Origin: Candidatus Omnitrophota bacterium
GTDB taxonomy: Bacteria > Omnitrophota > Gorgyraeia > 2-01-FULL-45-10
NCBI GenBank assembly: GCA_026387175.1
Contig: JAPLME010000003.1
Coordinates: 41,178 to 105,177, forward strand
Length of the DNA: 64,000 bases
Reading direction: 5' to 3'
Shown here piece by piece: positions 60,209-64,000 of this stretch. Made by a program: the position numbers and the translations under genes. How positions within the stretch are numbered: the stretch's first letter is position 1; each line of letters starts with the position of its first letter. The notes beneath the pieces are model-generated. The model was not told where the DNA came from. It did not search any database and saw only the letters and a program-made list of their open reading frames with translations.

Positions 60209-62514
60209 ATCAGTTTCACTTCCAATTCAAGATCTATCCCGTAATTTTCTTTTACTTTGCCTTTTATAAAGTCGACTAGCTCAAGCACGTCTTTACAGCT
60301 GGCGTTGCCGCGGTTTATTATGAAGTTCGCATGCTTACAGGAAACCTCGGCGCCGCCTATTCTCTTGCCTTTAAGCTTAAGCATGTCTATCATCTGAGCG
60401 CATGTGAACTGGGAATTATCCGGATTTTTGAATATGCATCCCGCGCTCGGGTAATCGAGCGCCTGTTTATCTTTTTTCATCTTCAGAAACCTGCCGCAGC
60501 TTGAGATCAGAGCGGACCTTTCGGACCTATCAAGCTTAAGTTGGGCCTCCAGCACTATATACCGATCAAGGTTTGAAGATCTATAACCAAAAACAAGATC
60601 TTTCTTCTTTAGCGTCTTTATCCTTCCTCTGTAGTCCATAACTTTTAATGACGTAATGAGCTCGCCGATATTCCTGTAGGCCGGATTTTTATGACCGCCG
60701 GCGTTCATATATATGGCTCCGCCTGTCGTGCCGGGTATTCCGACGAGTGACTCCATCCCCCCAAGACCGTTTTCACAAACCATCCGCACAAGTTTCGGCA
60801 AACTGAAGCCGGCCCCTACAGTAACTTTGGCACCGGTTATCTTAATCTTCCTGAAAGCTTCCGCGCCGAGATGAACCAGTATGCCGTTAAAACCGCTATC
60901 TGATGCCAGGACGTTGGACCCGTTGCCTATGATGAACATCAGTATCTTATATTTGGCTATAAAGATGAGGACTTTGCGCAGGTCCTTAACATCTGCGGGC
61001 TCGATCCATATTTCCGATCGTCCGCCTATCCTGAAGGATGTGCGGCGTGAAAGTTTTTCGCCGGTTACTATTCTGCCCTTCGTTTTTCTTTTTAAGTCCG
61101 CTATCAATTTTTTGTTCAGCGAATAGTTTACCGGAGCGCTCACCTCTCTATTGAGCATATCGGACAACCTGTCCGCGACATTCTTTATATCGCCGGCACC
61201 AAGCACAAGGATCATATCGCCGGATTTCTTTATTCGCATCACATGTTCCGGAATAGCTTCTTTTTTTAAGACCGTGACATCGGAGATGCCGTTCTCCTTC
61301 GCTTTATCATACACATTCATTATCGAAACACCCCTTATAGCCTTCTCGCTTGCGGCATAGATATCGGTAAGTATCAGCTTATCGACGCCTTTGAAACATC
61401 TGCCAAACTCATCCACAAGAAATTTAGTGCGTGAGAATCTGTGCGGTTGAAATATCGCGACGACCCTCTTTGGCTTCCAATTACGACATGCATCCAGGAC
61501 CGCCCTTATCTCGGTCGGATGGTGGGCGTAATCGTCTATCAGCATTACTCCGTCGACATCGGCCCTGAGCTGGAAACGGCGTTTTGCGCCGTCAAAATTT
61601 TTTATCGAGCGCGTTATTTCCTTGAAAGCGATCCCGAGTTTTAATCCGACGAGTATGGCAGCCATCGCATTCAATATATTATGCCTGCCGGGGATGCTTA
61701 AATTTACACTGCCCAGCACTTTATTCTTATAGACGCACCTGAAAGACGTATTAAACCCATCCATCTTTATGCCGATCGGATACATATCGGCGTTCCTGGA
61801 GAAACCGAATCCTTCGCTATGCTTGCGGAAGCCTTTCATAGCTATCCGTGTATTCATATCCTCGGCATTATAAAAGACCGCGCCGCCGTTTTTTATGTTA
61901 TCAATGAACGCCCTGTAAGACGCGTGAATATGTTCAAGGGATTTGAAGTGGTCGAGATGCTCCATCTCCATATTAGTAATTACAGCATAGAGGGGTTTGA
62001 GATGAATGAAAGAACCGTCGCTCTCATCAGCTTCAGCGACAGCGTAAGGCCCGGCGCCCAGTTTAGCATTGCCGTTAAATTGGCTGACCTCGCCGCCTAT
62101 TATCGCAGTCGGCCCGAGCCTGGCATTCTCGAGCATTATCGATATAAGCGAGGTAGTAGTGGTCTTGCCATGAGTGCCGCTAACCGCGATGCCTTTCTTG
62201 CTATTGAATATCTCACCGAGCATACGGGCGCGATGCACTATGCCGGCTTTTCGCCTCAAACCCTCTTTCATCTCAGGGTTATCCTTCGTTATGGATGAAG
62301 AATAAACAAGGATATCGAGACTTCCGGGAAGATTTGAGGCCCTGTGCCCGGCGAACATCCTGCCGCCCATGGCTTCCAGCCGCTCCGTTATATGGCTCTT
62401 TTCGATATCTGAACCCGATATGTTATGGCCCATCTCCAGCAGGATCTGGGCGATGCCGCTCATCCCTATCCCGCCAACCCCCACAAAATGTATATTCTTT
62501 TTTTTGCTGAGCAT
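60205..62514 (-). CDS. murC: Fused MurC-MurB
   Basis: MurC: GVGGIGMS, GTHGKTTT, EADESD, DDYAHHPTE. MurB: IGNGSN, GIPGTTGGA.YMNAG, PSAGCIFKNP, KHANFIIN, LELEV. Confidence 0.95.
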   Translation of the reverse strand: MLSKKKNIHFVGVGGIGMSGIAQILLEMGHNISGSDIEKSHITERLEAMGGRMFAGHRASNLPGSLDILVYSSSITKDNPEMKEGLRRKAGIVHRARMLGEIFNSKKGIAVSGTHGKTTTTSLISIMLENARLGPTAIIGGEVSQFNGNAKLGAGPYAVAEADESDGSFIHLKPLYAVITNMEMEHLDHFKSLEHIHASYRAFIDNIKNGGAVFYNAEDMNTRIAMKGFRKHSEGFGFSRNADMYPIGIKMDGFNTSFRCVYKNKVLGSVNLSIPGRHNILNAMAAILVGLKLGIAFKEITRSIKNFDGAKRRFQLRADVDGVMLIDDYAHHPTEIRAVLDACRNWKPKRVVAIFQPHRFSRTKFLVDEFGRCFKGVDKLILTDIYAASEKAIRGVSIMNVYDKAKENGISDVTVLKKEAIPEHVMRIKKSGDMILVLGAGDIKNVADRLSDMLNREVSAPVNYSLNKKLIADLKRKTKGRIVTGEKLSRRTSFRIGGRSEIWIEPADVKDLRKVLIFIAKYKILMFIIGNGSNVLASDSGFNGILVHLGAEAFRKIKITGAKVTVGAGFSLPKLVRMVCENGLGGMESLVGIPGTTGGAIYMNAGGHKNPAYRNIGELITSLKVMDYRGRIKTLKKKDLVFGYRSSNLDRYIVLEAQLKLDRSERSALISSCGRFLKMKKDKQALDYPSAGCIFKNPDNSQFTCAQMIDMLKLKGKRIGGAEVSCKHANFIINRGNASCKDVLELVDFIKGKVKENYGIDLELEVKLI

Positions 62515-62515
62515 T

Positions 62516-63619
62516 TTATCTTCTCTCTAAAGCGATCACTTCTCTCGCCAGGTTGTCTGAGGCTTGCCCAACGGAGAGCCGGTGGGCCGCCTCGCCCAAA
62601 CTTCTCATCTTATCGCCGTCTTTGATCAGGCCGAGAATTAAATTCGAGAAGATACCAGCACTCAGGTCCTTCTCCTCTACCAGTATGGCCGCGCCGTCTT
62701 GCTGGAAGACACGCGCATTATCAAGCTGATGGCTCATAGCGTACGGATACGGTATAAGTATCATCGGCTTTTTTAAAAAGGCGAGTTCGAATATAGCCGA
62801 AGCGCCGGACCTGGTCACCACAAGATCCGCGGAAGCGTAAGCCTCCTCTATCCTGTCGAGGAACGAATGGACCCTGTAATCTATCCCGAGCTCTTCATAA
62901 GCCTTAAGCGCCCATTCATAATCTTTAACGCCCGTTATGTGGATAACCTGCACAGAGCACCTCTGCCCGGGATCCATTATCGAAAGGGCGTCAATGAATG
63001 TCCTGTTAAGGAAAGCCGCGCCCTGACTGCCGCCTATAACGAGTATCGTTAACTTATTCCCGTCCAGGCCAAAACGTTTCATGCCGTAAGCGCGATCGCC
63101 CTTCGAGATCTCACTGCGTATAGGGTTGCCGGTCAATACGCATTTTTCCGAGTATCTGCCGATCGCATCTTTAGTCTCTTCAAAGCTGACAGCTATTTTA
63201 CTCACAAACTTAAAGAGCAGCTTATTAGCTCTACCGGGCACCACGTTCTGCTCATGCGCTATTGTAGGTATGCCGACCAGCCCGGCGGCAAATATTACGG
63301 GGAAAGATACATAGCCCCCGAAACCCACCACGACATCCGGTTTGTATGAAAGAATCATAGATAAGGCTTTAAATATATCGGCCAGCAGCCTGAAACATAC
63401 GATGACCATGCCCGGTGAAAATTTATACGCAAGCTTGTTCGCTGAAAGGGTACTGAAGGGCACACCCTCCTTCTCGAACATTCTCCTGTCGAGGGCCTTA
63501 TCGCTTCCAATATACATTATAGCGGCGTCTTTATCCAGCGCCGAAATCGAGCGGCCCAGGGCTATCGCCGGAAATATATGGCCGCCTGAACCACCCGCGG
63601 CTATTATGATCTTCTTCAC
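62516..63619 (-). CDS. murG: MurG glycosyltransferase
   Basis: GGSGGHIFP, GFGGY, HEQN, GGSQGA. Confidence 0.96.
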   Translation of the reverse strand: MKKIIIAAGGSGGHIFPAIALGRSISALDKDAAIMYIGSDKALDRRMFEKEGVPFSTLSANKLAYKFSPGMVIVCFRLLADIFKALSMILSYKPDVVVGFGGYVSFPVIFAAGLVGIPTIAHEQNVVPGRANKLLFKFVSKIAVSFEETKDAIGRYSEKCVLTGNPIRSEISKGDRAYGMKRFGLDGNKLTILVIGGSQGAAFLNRTFIDALSIMDPGQRCSVQVIHITGVKDYEWALKAYEELGIDYRVHSFLDRIEEAYASADLVVTRSGASAIFELAFLKKPMILIPYPYAMSHQLDNARVFQQDGAAILVEEKDLSAGIFSNLILGLIKDGDKMRSLGEAAHRLSVGQASDNLAREVIALERR

Positions 63620-64000
63620 CTTACCGCCTCGCAGCTCTTTGCCGCATTCAGCAATAGGCCGACCGCCACCAGATGAAACATCAGCCCGCTTCCGCCATAG
63701 CTTATGAAAGGCAGCGGCAGCCCCTTCGTTGGAAGAGCGCCCGCGGTCACGCCTATATTTATTATCGCCTCGAGGGCTATCATCGACACCACGCCGAAAC
63801 TGAGCATCTTTTCGAAAATCCCCGAGGTCCTCATCACCACTTTCATTCCTTCCCAGACAAATAGAATAAACAATACCACAACCGACGCCGTACCTATGAA
63901 ACCGAGCTCCTCTCCTATTATCGAGAATATGAAATCGGTATGTGAGGCAGGGAGATAGAATAATTTCTGTCTCGACTGCCCGAGACCGACGCCCAATAAC
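63616..64000 (-). CDS. ftsW: FtsW (3' part; starts beyond the window)
   Basis: GLGQSRQK, HTDFIFSIIGEELG, LPFISYGGS; precedes murG. Confidence 0.92.
   Translation of the reverse strand, partial: LLGVGLGQSRQKLFYLPASHTDFIFSIIGEELGFIGTASVVVLFILFVWEGMKVVMRTSGIFEKMLSFGVVSMIALEAIINIGVTAGALPTKGLPLPFISYGGSGLMFHLVAVGLLLNAAKSCEAVR

Overview
Bacterial chromosomal window with mostly minus-strand housekeeping operons: the end of the dcw cluster, a glycerol operon, an ECF sigma module, ileS/lspA/lgt/aroA, mreBCD-mrdA-rodA, queA-tgt-yajC-secDF-recJ and polA-glgA-coaE-rho-rpmE-prfA. Gene content suggests a PVC-superphylum organism such as Ca. Omnitrophota (inference only). The main feature is a ~4.3 kb island (7388-11696) with a diversity-generating retroelement (DGR). 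It contains a secreted FGE/C-type-lectin-fold target with a 123-bp VR, avd, a 123-bp TR (18 TR/VR mismatches, all at TR adenines), a reverse transcriptase and an adjacent AbrB/RelE-like toxin-antitoxin pair. The DGR carries two slippage-prone tracts: G12 in the RT gene (currently out of frame, OFF) and (CT)11 in the target leader peptide (currently in frame, ON). The target gene is also bracketed by 28-bp inverted repeats. Together these suggest a phase-variable, switchable DGR. Other oddities: an FtsA apparently lacking subdomain 2B with no ftsZ behind it, a MurC-MurB fusion, a modular 968-aa secreted protein whose CheR-like module is bounded by in-frame 16-bp repeats, and several REP/MITE-like palindromic elements. 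All alignments and counts were done by hand.
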